This document shows positions 26,006 to 38,260 of a stretch of 64,000 nt of DNA, in pieces; within the stretch, counting starts at the first letter, position 1, and every line of letters begins with the position of its first letter. The position numbers and the translations under genes are program-made. The notes beneath the pieces were generated by a model that saw only the letters and a program-made list of their open reading frames with translations, was not told the DNA's origin and made no database searches. This DNA is from Phoronis australis (taxonomy: Eukaryota; Animalia; Phoronida), in the NCBI GenBank assembly GCA_002633005.1, contig NMRA01000197.1, forward strand, positions 599,580 through 663,579, in the 5' to 3' direction.

Positions 26006-27489
26006 CAGTTATAATAAATATCTCGCTGTTATATAGCCCACTGTAGCTAGGTACATGTATAGACATTTACTTCTCAACTCCCATAATCAGTACCCGATGA
26101 ATAACGTGACGTCTCCTCTAATCGTCTTTACGATCTAGTCATCTACACAAACAACACTCGGACTCATTAGGCCGGGTACGGCCGATGATTACGTGTAGCA
26201 CTTTGAATGACAGAAACAAATTCTGGAAAAAATTATTACTAACTTAGTTATCATTGTTGTTAGTAATATCAGTAGATCAGTGGAACAATTTTATCGTTGT
26301 CCATCTATTTCCTTGTAAGAAAAACATTTTGACGAATAGGCTGGTACTGGATCTTTTCTGTGGGAGTTGGAGGGTTCGATCGAACTTGCGAACTCCCCTG
26401 GCTATTGGCCTGGTTATACAAAACATGCTGACCGTAGTTAAGGTAGTTTTGAAGGATCTGTGAATGTGACGTGAACGACTGATGACCTTAGCAGTGAAAC
26501 AAAATTGTCAATAATGGCGNGGTCGGGGAAAACAAAATTAAAGGTCCCTTAATCACAATTTCAAATTCCTTTTTTGCAATACTTGACGCAGTTACAGGCA
26601 TACGTGTAGCTCCAAATGTAAGCGTGCATCTTGGCAGGGCTGAGAAGCACCGGCAGAAAATGGGGATAACCCACCCATCTAATGTACGATTATTTTTTGG
26701 TTATTATATATCACCCTGCAGTAAAACATCTCTGAGTTTCTAAAACCGCATGCGTAGGTCACGGTACGCCTCATGGATACAACCTATGCTAACCAATAAT
26801 AGGCATTCTCGATGATATTAACTCCTGTGACGTTGTTAAATTTCATTTTGCAGCTCGACTTTAAGTTCAAACACAAACGCCATGTTGTTATACGTTCATG
26901 TGTACTATAATTGCCCTGCATCAGGACTCTGAAGCCAATTATCTACCACGCTTTAATGACCAACGGGTACCACGGAACCGAAACTTAGCTAACGCATCTA
27001 TTTTGACGTAGTAAAATTTCAGCTCGACTAGATTCAAACACAAACATCATGTTGATATACGTTCACGTGCACTTTTGTCCTGCATCAGTTATCTCCCACT
27101 TTTTATCACCAACGGGTACCAGAGAGCCGAAACCTTAGTATCTATTTTGCCTATTTTTCGCCTTGTATTTCAACATTTTACTCCAAGAATTCAAATTGTT
27201 CAAAAATCACCAGTTTTAAACCATGGTATACAAATTTATTCCTGTCAGTATTATATTACCGTGAAGCCATGAATGCGATAACAAATCTACTCCACACAAA
27301 AGGACCTGAGATCAGATTCCCTGCTAAACAACCCTCTTGACTATCTATTAACAGGGCCTTAAGAAGCGGGGGCCGGGGNNNNNNGGGGGCGTGACCCCCA
27401 AATTTTCAGGCGTCAGGGTTATACTATGGCAACCGACATAGGCTTGGGGCTGGGGACAGTCGAGAAAAGAAAGACTACGAATACGAATA

Positions 27490-30213
27490 AGAGAGAAAAT
27501 TCAAGAGAACATTTGACAAGTCAGTATCAGTGCATGGTCTACCCTTTGAGGACCCTGGCCAGAACATTGTTGTTTGGGTCTCCGTTTTTGTTGCATACAT
27601 GTAGGTCGTCTAAACGCACTTGAAAACGTACATTTTATCATTCATACATGTATTTCGAAAAATCGAGTAAATTCGTAAAGCGAAGCTTTTGCGGAGCACG
27701 TCAATTCACTGGATTTTTAAATTCAATAAGGCAGTTTTGCTAATGCAGAAATGCAAAATTATATTTCCCAGAGGCCCTTCTGTAGCAAAAGATAACAAAG
27801 ACAACTGTCTCTCTATTTTTTCGTGTTTTTCTTTCTCTAAATTGTGTGATGACTTGAGAAAATTGATGGCCTGGCAGATAACATCAATTGCTGCGCATTT
27901 CCTGACTTGAAAATATAGATCTTTTCATATTTAGGGGCCCAACTCTTGAAGAAGACCATTGATGACATTCAAGTGGCCACCCTTTTCGTGATTTGATTGG
28001 CAAATTTTAAGGGGCCGCTCACGAAGAGAGGGCCCAATGTTGGAATAGATCATCTCTATTTTCCTGTTTTTTTCTGAAATCGTACAACCGGCTTTCATGC
28101 TGAGGAAAGTCACTTCTTGCAAGGTCACCCGACAATGGAATGAAATTTCACTCTTTTCCAGGCTTAATGATGTGTAGCCTTTCATCTTAAGTGTCCCGTT
28201 TCAGACGGAACCTCCTCTTAGAGGGGCGGTTCGGGTGTTTCTCTAGACATGTAAACCCGACACTGCCAAGTATTCTCGAGGGAAGGTTGAGATAAATTTC
28301 ACTTAATCAATTTTTTTCAAAAACTGAATCATTTGCTTTCCATTCGTGTACATACTACACACACGGAGCACGTCATGACTGACGCACCCACGATAAAAAT
28401 AAAGTGTAACCATGCAATGGGCCTGCGCAGAATCTCAGTGATCCACCGCGGGAGCTGAATTTGAACTCCACGCGCTGAGGTGTGTACATTTTTGGACACA
28501 CTCTGTATCATTTTCCCCAGCCACAAGAAACTGGACTACCAGCTGTGTTTCATTAAAGGATTTTGTAACGGCCACAAAGGCACTCATACCAGAGACCTCG
28601 GGACCTCACCTTTCCAAAAAATTTCTTCAAAGCAGAATAGCCATGATAAAATGAAGTTTTCCCGAAACTTGATCTTAATAAAATGAATCCTGAACTTAGA
28701 GCCAGCGCAGAGGAATAGGTGAGAGCTAAGCTGCGGCATGGCTCAAGCCAAGTGACTAGCTGAGCTGACCAGCGACTGGCTCTACTGAGTTCATCGAATC
28801 CACTGTTAGAGCTCAGCTACCCGTCAGTGCTGGCCCTAGACCCATTCTTACTCTCCGTGAAACTTTGTTGGTTCACGGTTACTCAAATCCGATATCTGCA
28901 TCTCAACTCAGTATTACACCCCGACTGACCTATGGCGGANNNNNNNNNNNNNNNNNNNNNNNNNNNNNNNNNNNNNNNNNNNNNNNNNNNNNNNNNNNNN
29001 NNNNNNNNNNNNNNNNNNNNNNNNNNNNNNNNNNNNNNNNNNNNNNNNNNNNNNNNNNNNNNNNNNNNNNNNNNNNNNNNNNNNNNNNNNNNNNNNNNNN
29101 NNNNNNNNNNNNNNNNNNNNNNNNNNNNNNNNNNNNNNNNNNNNNNNNNNNNNNNNNNNNNNNNNNNNNNNNNNNNNNNNNNNNNNNNNNNNNNNNNNNN
29201 NNNNNNNNNNNNNNNNNNNNNNNNNNNNNNNNNNNNNNNNNNNNNNNNNNNNNNNNNNNNNNNNNNNNNNNNNNNNNNNNNNNNNNNNNNNNNNNNNNNN
29301 NNNNNNNNNNNNNNNNNNNNNNNNNNNNNNNNNNNNNNNNNNNNNNNNNNNNNNNNNNNNNNNNNNNNNNNNNNNNNNNNNNNNNNNNNNNNNNNNNNNN
29401 NNNNNNNNNNNAGAGAGAAATTCAAGAGAAAATGTGACAAATCAGTATCAGTGCATGGTTTACCCTTTGAGGGCCCTGGCCAGGACACTGTTGTTAGGGT
29501 CTCCGTTTTTGTTGCATACATGTAGGTCGTCTAAACGCACTTGAAAACGTACATTTTATCATTCATACATGTATTTCGAAAAATCGAGTAAATTCGTAAA
29601 GCGAAGCTTTTGCGGAGCATATCAATTCACTGGATTTTTAAATTCAATAAGGCAGTTTTGCAAATGCAGAAATGCAAAATTATATTTCCCAGAGGCTCTT
29701 CTGTAGCAAAGGATAACAAAGACAACTGTCGCTCTATTTTTTCGTGCTTTTCTTTCTCTAAACTGTGTGATGACTTGAGAAAATTGATGGCCTGGCAGAT
29801 AACATCAGTTGCTGCGCATTTCCTGACTAGAAAATATAGATCTTTTCACATTTAGGGGCCCAGCTCTTGAGGAAGACCATTGATGACATTCAAGTGGCCA
29901 CCCTTTTCATGATTTGATTGGAAAATTTTAAGGGGCCGCTCACGAAGAGAGGGTCCAATGTTGGAACAGATCATCTCTATTTTCCTGTTTTTTGTGAAAT
30001 CGCACAACCGGCTTTCATGCTGAGGAAAGTCACTTCTTGCAAGGTCACCCGACAATGGAATGAAATTTCACTCTTTTCCAAGCTTAATGATGTGTAGCCT
30101 TTCATCTTAGGTGTCCCATTTCAGCCGGAACCCCCTCTTAGAGGGGCGGTTCGGGTGTTTCTCTAGACATGTAAATCCGACACTGCCAAGTATTCACGAG
30201 GGAAGGTTGAGAT
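27490..30213. repeat. Near-identical duplicated block (27490-28293 and 29412-30213) flanking an assembly gap
   Basis: Collinear with scattered SNPs; copy 2 starts exactly at the end of the N run. Confidence 0.9.
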
Positions 30214-31783
30214 TCCAAATTCATCAAAAACACAAAACAACCATGCACAGCACAGTAGTATTAAAACATTCGACCCAAACAATCAAAAATGTGAAAAGTA
30301 CAATAGGATTGACCACTATCAAAATGTTAGAACTTTGAAAAACATGAAGATCATTATTTGTGAATTACACAAAAATGTTACTTCCGATGATTAGTTACAA
30401 ATAATGTTATATTTTTCAAATAGTATCACAAGAATAGTATTTCTTTTAAAGGTCGTTACTATGAACTGTTTGTCATGAATTCACAAATGTCGAAAAGACT
30501 AGGGGCTACGATTTGTGATGACCGTGTTCATGTCGAACGGGGGTACTCAAAATACTCGCAATGATGAACAAATATTTCAGCGGTTTATTTGGAGTTCAAG
30601 TTAAACTCGTGAACCCTTATAGGTACCTCGGAAATGATCAAAAACACACCTTAATATGAATGCCCCATCTCCCATGTTCCCCGTGTTACCCGTCAAAAAT
30701 CTGCGATCATGCCTGCGGAAATTGATTATAACATTCCGTTTTGATAATCAAATTCGTTGGTTTCTGATTTACATGTTCATGTAATGATCTACGACAGCTA
30801 AATAGATGATTATTGGCAGTTAGAAGCTAATATTTTAAGAAATGATTATGTTTCAGTGAATTTAGTTGAAGCCTGAATATGGAAAACTCTGTATTCAGAT
30901 CCCCAAATAGTAAAGTGCACTTGGACGCTTCTTGCCTATAACTCTCAAAGACATTGATGCAATTTGGACATTTCCTATTTAATCAAGGTAAACGTGTTGC
31001 TCATGGATTCGATTGTTGGTTCCTGAATTATATGTTTATGACATTGGGAAAATCGATCTATCATCAGATACCCAAATATCAAAGTACACTAAACGATTTG
31101 ATTTGTCTATCTGAAATAAGTCTCAAAGATATTGATGAATGTCGGACAGAGTGTTGTAAAATTTTCTTACAATTCAAATGACAATAAATTGTTTATTGAA
31201 TTAGGAAATAGATTAATGGGCTTAATTTCACAAACCATTGATCGAAAAAAGGAAGGAGGTAGGTTGGCGAAGTCGAATCGGTTTGTGCCCACTACCCAGT
31301 AATTTTTGTCTTCCTACGGGCCTGATTAACGAGTACAGAGTGCCGCGAAACGGGTAGAATTTTTACCATATACTGCTTTCTTTCAAACTCTTCCAGACCG
31401 AGTAATTATCAACGAATGATGAAAAACAGGTATATCTATTTTGGAAAAGCCAGTGTCACTAAAATAATAGCGTTTCGTCACCAAGTGCAGTGGAACTGGT
31501 TTACTTGTTGTTACTACAAACAACGACACATATTGGGTTACTGACATTGGCGCTCATAGCAAAGTGCCCCTAGATTGCCACATTTTGACTCCCAGAGGTC
31601 GCCAACGATTTCGATTTCGGTGCCCGGACCCGGCCATTACCAGTTTGGCCACCTTAGTGGTCGTTGATCAATGACGAAAACTTCAGCAACACCCTTTCCG
31701 TTTCTCGAACGCGGGTACGCTCACTTTTTGCCGCACTTGTAGTTTTAGTACTATGAAATAGCATGGATTTTCACTGTTTAACA

Positions 31784-32050
31784 CATGCGCGCACCCAGCC
31801 TGAAATATAGGGGGGGGCTCGAATTTTTGAGAATGTGTACTTTTTACTAAAAAACAACGGGGACTAAAAAAAAAACGGGGACCGCAAAATAAAAGGGGGA
31901 CTACGTTCAGAGCTATGAATTGTGCATTCGCGCCGAATTTTGGCCCTTTTAGTGGAATTTTATTACGTTTTCTCGGACTGTTTATTTCTTTGAGGAGGAC
32001 CTTTTTTGCCCACTTCGCCAAATGGGGGGCGGGGGGGGGGTGCGTGCATG
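31784..32050. mobile_element. MITE, TIR CATGCRCGCACCC
   Basis: Terminal inverted repeats; flanks TAACA/AAACA; same family as 34863-35087. Confidence 0.7.
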
Positions 32051-33616
32051 AAACACTTTGCGTATTAGCACGCCACAAGGACATGGTGTACGCGATGTGC
32101 CACTCGACCGAGAAGATATTTTTCAAGGAAATTTTCCCCCACAAACTGGTGTTTGGGACTTAATTTCATACGACAAAACTGGTGGTTAGAAACTTTCCAG
32201 GGAACAGCGTGTTCTGAAAATCTACACCCATGACCTCTAATATTCTGGCGCAATTCTTGGCACTAGTCGTATATAACGTGTCCACATTCTGAGAACCAGT
32301 TTGATACCTGTTTCAGTGGAGAAAACTGGTTCTCAAAATTCGGGCACGTCATAACCGGCAATTACCAAATTCTTGATACAGCAGCGAACAACTAAGGACG
32401 ATCACACACACACATGTAGGCTACTGGAATATCGGTACTTTTTAAAAACTGTTTATTTCTAAATAAGGAACAATACAACGTTGAAAACAAAAAGAACACA
32501 GAAACACATTCAGACACAAATTCACATTTTGTCAGCACTTTCATTGATAGAAAATGAACGAGTACAGACAAGTCATTGAAAGCTACTCACAAGCGCCATC
32601 CGCGTGCCGCTGACGCAAAGTAGTAAAAATTCCTTTGCATAAAAAATCTGAACAAGTCAAAACTTATGAAAGCCATCTCATGATACAGAAATTTGATAAA
32701 ACATTGAATGTTCCAAATGTTTTTTTACCTAAGTAAGGCTTAATTTAACAAATGTAGCGGTCTAGTACTGTTACTGCAGACGAATTTGTGAATGAATTTG
32801 CCGTTGGTAATTGGTCGCGAACCATACCCATTAGACCATTGGTTGAGTTTTGCACCCATTTTTATGTTTACAGTTGGAACACCTTAACCGCCTTACAGGG
32901 ATCAAATTGACATTAACTTTGCCCGGTTATTTCTAAATCACTTTTGTCATTACAGTGGTTTAATCATGACATTATTCCATGCTTAGTCTGAACAGGCAAT
33001 ACAAGATTTCACAAATGTGGGTGCTTGATGGACATTTTAAGACAGATGAAAATTTTGGGTTGTAAAAAGTCCCTCCGAGCATCCACATGCACTAAAGTCA
33101 AACATTAGAAAGAAAAGATGTGCACCTGCCATACGAGATCAGGACAGAATGAATTTAAGACAGCCACGTAACTGCTTGCTAATGTCTTAACAAAGAATTA
33201 CTGTACTTGAGGACAATTGGGAAACTAATTCCTGGAGAAAAAAGGAACCATCAAAAGACCGTACTATAACGAGCTGCAGGTTGCATTTGCAACATGAAAT
33301 TTGGCAAATGCAAGCTAAGACAACGACTTGGGAATTTTAACTCGTGCGAGTTTAGTCACATTGCTCGAAAACGTACCAATGTTTCTAGCAGAATGGGAAA
33401 ACACAGGTGCCACAACACCTGGCAATCCCTTGCCCTAAGAACGTTTGTTTTCTTGTTTTACTCATCAGGTTGTGTGGCCTGGGATCTGTATGTGCAAGCT
33501 GAGTTTCAGAATCGAGAGCTGGAATTTTTACCAGGTAGCAAACGGTGGTCCCATACTGTCGAGAGTTGACCATCAGTATGTGAAATTCTATAAACAACTA
33601 AATGTCTATGCTCAAA

Positions 33617-36600
33617 CTATCGCCGTAAAGCCTGCCCGTCTATGTGTAGTTTGTGCACTGAAACAAAGTGATCATGTCCTGACTGAATGACAAATTTCAT
33701 ATGTTGGGCTGTTGTCTGTTGATATGTCAGCTCTTCAGACTGCAACTGTCCATCAGTGGCTTCAAGTTCTGCAATACAGACAGTAAACTTTCTTATTTAA
33801 AGTTGTATACAGGCATAGGAAGGTTTTTCTTAGTAGAGGTCGGGTGAAAACAAAAATGAGTGCACTGCTCTCCCTGGTTGACACCAGCTTCAGCTCTCCT
33901 GTGATGCTGTCAGCAGTTTCGCCTCCATCCCTCCAACTGGTCACCACCAGTTTCACATCTCAGTCAATACAAATTTCGTCTCTGTCACTCACTCTTGATA
34001 TACCAGGCCATATCAGTTACACCTTATAAGTTTCACCCCGGATTAAGTACAATCAAGGAAAACTAGAGGCTTCAACTTGCATCATTTCATAATCCTCGCT
34101 ACTAAGCACACACCACTAGATGTCACCACTTAGTAAAAACTATTTATATACCTGAGCTATGTAAACATATTACGACTTTGAGGTAGTTTAAAATGTTGGA
34201 TATTTCAGAGATGACATCATGAAAAGAGTCCAAGGCAACTCGGCCAGTTTGCATACCGCTGAATCTGACACAAAGATCAAAGACACCATGCAACTGTAGG
34301 CAATTGCAACCCTTCTGGATATTATCAGTCACTTGATAATTAGAACAATCATAAACACAGGAGGGGTGATAAAGGTATTTTTTTACAGTTTGGTTTTCAC
34401 AGTTTTTAAATATCTTAGTCAAATAGTTTGTAAAATGTGCACATGGTTACGTTTTTGAATTTTTAAAAATCGGATAAGAGACGTGACTTTTACAACCTAA
34501 AACGTTTGTACAATGTTGCCATATTATGTTCCTCATTAATTCTGCTGGGTGTGCAACATGATTGGACCAATTACCAAACCACCAGGCAGCAGTTGGATTT
34601 TGAGGTAAGCCAAGTGTCTTCATACAACTCTTGGCATGATTGCTTTCATAAGAAGCTAATTTCTTAAAAATTGAAATCAAGAACATTCATATCTTGGTGA
34701 ACTGGGAGAGAGGGCAGACCTTGGCACTTTGCAATGGACAGGGGAATCAAATGAAATGTACTGAATGTTGAAAAGAGGGCCACGGCCCCATAGTCCCCAC
34801 ATGTCTACGCTAGTGTAACTTCTATTTGAAATCAAGCAATAACATTGGGATTGGTATCTTCACATGCACGCACCCAGGGGGACCTAAGGGCACTCAAATG
34901 AGCCAGCCCCATTTGGCAACGTGGGCAAAAAGGTCTGCCTCAGAGAAACAAAACGATCGAGAAAATCAGACAAAAGTCCACAAAGAAGGTGTGAATGCAC
35001 AATTCACAGCTCTGAACATGGTACCCAGTTCTTTTATTATTTATTCCCCCGTTATTTTGTTAGTAAAAAGTGCTGGATGTGCGCATGCTTCACACACTGC
35101 AAATTCTACAATTTTATTTTGAGAATGTAAAGCCATTGATAAAGGCTTAGACATACCGGAAATAGCTAATGGTTGATGTGTTTGTATTTGGACATTAGGA
35201 GACTCACTTTCACAGTGTGTAAGAGAATATTATTTTAGCTTTGTTAACATTTTATGAGTACTTGATTTAACCATGCCCAAGACAGAGAATGAAAGCCCTT
35301 TTTTGCATAAATAATACTGACTTGCACCCCTCGTAAATTTCTGGTATAGAAAAGTTATCTATGGATGCTCAGAAATTATGCATGACCTTCCTAGTAATTG
35401 TTGCATGTATTTTTGAAATGCGTTTGCTTTTTCTTGACACTTACCCAACTCTTGAAGTGGTTCGAAGTCTGTGGGTTCATTTGAAACACTGCGTTCAATG
35501 CACAACTTTTTAACTGAAATACAAGAATTAGAAGCATATCAAACCAGTTTCTTCATAACAAGACATTGGCTGCAAAAGTACACTTAAGGAGAACACTTGT
35601 TACAGATTCCATGCCAAACATTACCAAGCCAGACAATATTACAAGGCAATTCCTATAAAATACTAGTTTTCAAAAATACTTCACAAAGGTGCAACTAACA
35701 TTATGTACCAGGATTTGTTTAAATCTGGCACAACTTCATCGAAGACTAAAAACACTTGTACATCATTATCTCAGTGGAATTATGTTCATTTATTGCATCA
35801 GTATAGTTATGAAACGTACTAATGGAAGCTTGTATTTGTACCAATAGATGCCCTTGACTCACGCTCTTCGTCAAATATGGGACATTCTGATGCCGTTGCG
35901 GGAAGCAGGAAAAGTGGAACAGCAATGCCAAAAAAACTGGAAAACTGGCAACTATGAATATGTAGTTCTTTACTAGTAAGATCCACTTACTGTTGTATGA
36001 ATTTAATCTGATTGTGTTGATGTCCATGACAGATGCAAACGAGATGACAAACTCCTGAGGATAAAGCCCTGTGCTACACCAAAAGGTCTCCTGCTGGCTA
36101 GAACAAGAAAGCAGCAACAATCAACATAGTGCAGAAAAATAATACATCAATTACTGGACTTACGGTCGTATAGAGATGGCTATGTTACGTCCTCCTCTCA
36201 AGGACTTCATCACGCCACTGAGGTGTCACGTGACTCTTCATGTGATCCATGGCACAGTTTGCGCGGGATACTATTCAGTGCCCTATCCCACGTCATTGGC
36301 AACAGAAACCTCAAGCCCCCCCTGTCTGTTTAGGCTAGGATTCTCAACTCTTTCATAAATAGCTTCCTTGACACCTCTCCTGAACCAGTTTTCCTCTCTA
36401 TCTAGAATCATGACATCTTCCAGGGAGGAGTGGTCTGTGGCGGCTATATGACTAAAAACCGCAGAATCATAGCAGTCCCCATAACTGGGCTCCCTCTTGA
36501 ACTGGGACCGAGGTCTCCACTTATCTCCCATGTATTCAAACATTCTTAACCAGCGAAAGGCGGGAAATCCCTCATTCACTGATAAAGACCTGGCGGACCA

Positions 36601-37259
36601 GGTCGAAACGTCTGCAACCAACCTACCACGTCTCTAAGTAAGTGAACATCTTATACTGCAATGCCTCTAGAGACCAATGACCAACCTATTCTCCAGAATC
36701 AACACAGTGATCATCAGGATAGGATATGCGATTGTTACCAGAGGCGGATCCAGGATTTTGAGTTGGGNNNNNNNNNNNNNCCGAAGTGCCAAATGGAATC
36801 TGGGAGAATTTTAGGGGGGGCATGGCCCCCCTCTAAATCCGCCACTTGTTACTTTAAAGCAACTATACATCAAAGTTTCATTCCAGAATCAAACTTTAGC
36901 GAACAAACTGCTAGAAAATTGCTTTCATCTCATTCCTTACTCCGAGGAGAATTGATTTCTTTGGTTGAAAAGAGCTGACAGTTTGTCATTCATTCAGACC
37001 ATGCACGGCACGTCACATGACATGCCGTGACAAGCTAATTATCTTGTAGAGCCTGGTGTCAAGCAATAACGAACTGTCAGTGTCACTGTCACTGTCAGTT
37101 TGTTTGAAGCCCTGGCTAAAAAAAACATTCAATCCCAGTTTCTGCTTTCAATTCAATCCACACATACCCGTCTATAATATTATCCGCTGGATATTTCTCG
37201 TCACTAGACGTAACTTTAACAATCTGAGCGCCTGCACTGCTGAGAGCAACGTCAAACAT
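33617..37259 (-). CDS. IFT25: Intraflagellar transport protein 25 / heat shock protein beta-11, 4 coding exons, 139 aa
   Basis: Exons 37259-37168, 36097-35991, 35513-35445 and 33768-33617 all have GT-AG boundaries and matching phases. Protein MFDVALSSAGAQIVKVTSSDEKYPADNIIDG-QQETFWCSTGLYPQEFVISF...IERSVSNEPTDFE...DGQLQSEE...AQHMKFVIQSGHDHFVSVHKL matches remembered HSPB11/IFT25 motifs (TSSDEKHP, ETFW.TTG.FPQEF, DHF.SVH). Confidence 0.96.
34863..35087. mobile_element. MITE, TIR CATGCRCGCACCC, 5-bp TSD CTTCA
   Basis: Inverted, diverged copy of 31784-32050 in IFT25 intron 3. Confidence 0.7.
36150..36530 (-). mobile_element. Penelope-like element fragment (GIY-YIG endonuclease C-terminus plus pLTR) in IFT25 intron 1
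   Basis: DSAVFSHIAATDHSSLEDVMILDREENWFRRGVKEAIYERVENPSLNRQGGL is followed by a decayed hammerhead-like motif at 36217-36177. Confidence 0.85.
36577..36615 (+). ncRNA. Minimal hammerhead-ribozyme-like motif (Penelope pLTR type), core variant
   Basis: CTGATAA-a-GACCTGG-cgga-CCAGGTC-GAAA-CGT; one mismatch from the CUGANGA core. Confidence 0.5.
36739..36847. mobile_element. MITE with 5-bp TSD GTTAC (same TIR type as 47128-47285)
   Basis: GTTAC | CAGAGGCGGATCCAGG...TCTAAATCCGCCACTT | GTTAC. Confidence 0.75.
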
Positions 37260-37430
37260 TGTAATTGTCACGGTGCTGGAGCTCAAATCAACGTCGCCAA
37301 AGACGCTTCCTGCAAAAATGTTGTGAATTCTCACCGGAAATCACGGGCGCGATAACTGAAACGCACCAATCGTATGTTGCGAAATCGTCAGTGCGGGAAA
37401 CATAAAGGACAAATGTCTGATAGGTTTGTC
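37260..37430. promoter_or_regulatory. Putative bidirectional promoter of IFT25 and LRRC42
   Basis: CpG-richer stretch between divergent genes, with ETS-like CCGGAAAT (about 37335), CCAAT (about 37366) and a possible LRRC42 5'UTR donor TAG|GTTTGT (about 37424). Confidence 0.5.
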
Positions 37431-37784
37431 GTTCGGTACTCTGTCTGGAGATTGCTTCTCCTTGTGAAATATCAAGAATGGGCGAAGAGGGAATTTAGTG
37501 CAGTAGTTTACTCTCGGACAGTTACTGTGAAATAGAGTATTGCGTGAGTGATATCTGATGGCAATTATGACTACTATTTGCAGGCTGTTGATGTCTTAAA
37601 CTTTTCTCAGCTCGAACAAATACCCCAATCTGCCCAATCAAGCTTTTTTTTCGAACAGACATTCTTTCAGTAGGCAGCACGTTGCCCCTCGGTTGGCCTG
37701 TAATCTGTGTGCCTGCGGCATCCAGGGCGCTTTCAGGTCGGGCCAACAGAGCCGATGGTCATTGCCTAATCCTCAAGTTAAATG

Positions 37785-37936
37785 TGTTGTAGATGTGCTT
37801 CCGGTGAATTATATGAGCCTCTGTTAGCTACTCGCTAACGGGCAATTGCCTATTAGCTGAATGGTTAGCACGCTTGCCGGTTTTATGGGGATCGCGGGTT
37901 CGATCCCCGGGTCGGGTAATCTCGGCTATTACTACA
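37785..37936 (+). mobile_element. 152-bp solo LTR containing a tRNA-derived core (Ajax-like non-autonomous LTR element)
   Basis: TGTTGTA...TACTACA termini, 4-bp TSD AATG (37781-37784 and 37937-37940), internal A box TAGCTGAATGG and B box GGTTCGATCCC. Confidence 0.7.
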
Positions 37937-38260
37937 AATGAATGCGATTTAAATTAAATATTTCAATTATACACATAGTGTACCTGATTTAGTAATTATC
38001 GGACCGAACCTAAATATCGGACATTTCTAGATGTAAAGGGCGCAGTTGTGAGTCACAGTTCCCCCAGTCAACCAGAGTACAGCTAATTATTTTGCTTCAA
38101 TTCACATCAGGTGTCTTTAAAAGAATGTTCACCTAAAAATCACAACACCACAGCCCTAATTCCGTAAAAACAGGCTTGACTTAATTATTTTTTTGGCCTT
38201 ATATCTTTCATAGATACTGACTACCGGTAATACTAATACATTTTCTTGCTTGCAGTTGCC

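Noticed and set aside
28865-29525. Long ORFs spanning N runs (also 9275-9574)
   Set aside because: Artefacts of assembly gaps.
37846-37918. Functional tRNA gene (also considered at 530-602 and 9797-9876)
   Set aside because: A and B boxes are present but the acceptor or anticodon stems do not form; these are repeat-derived.
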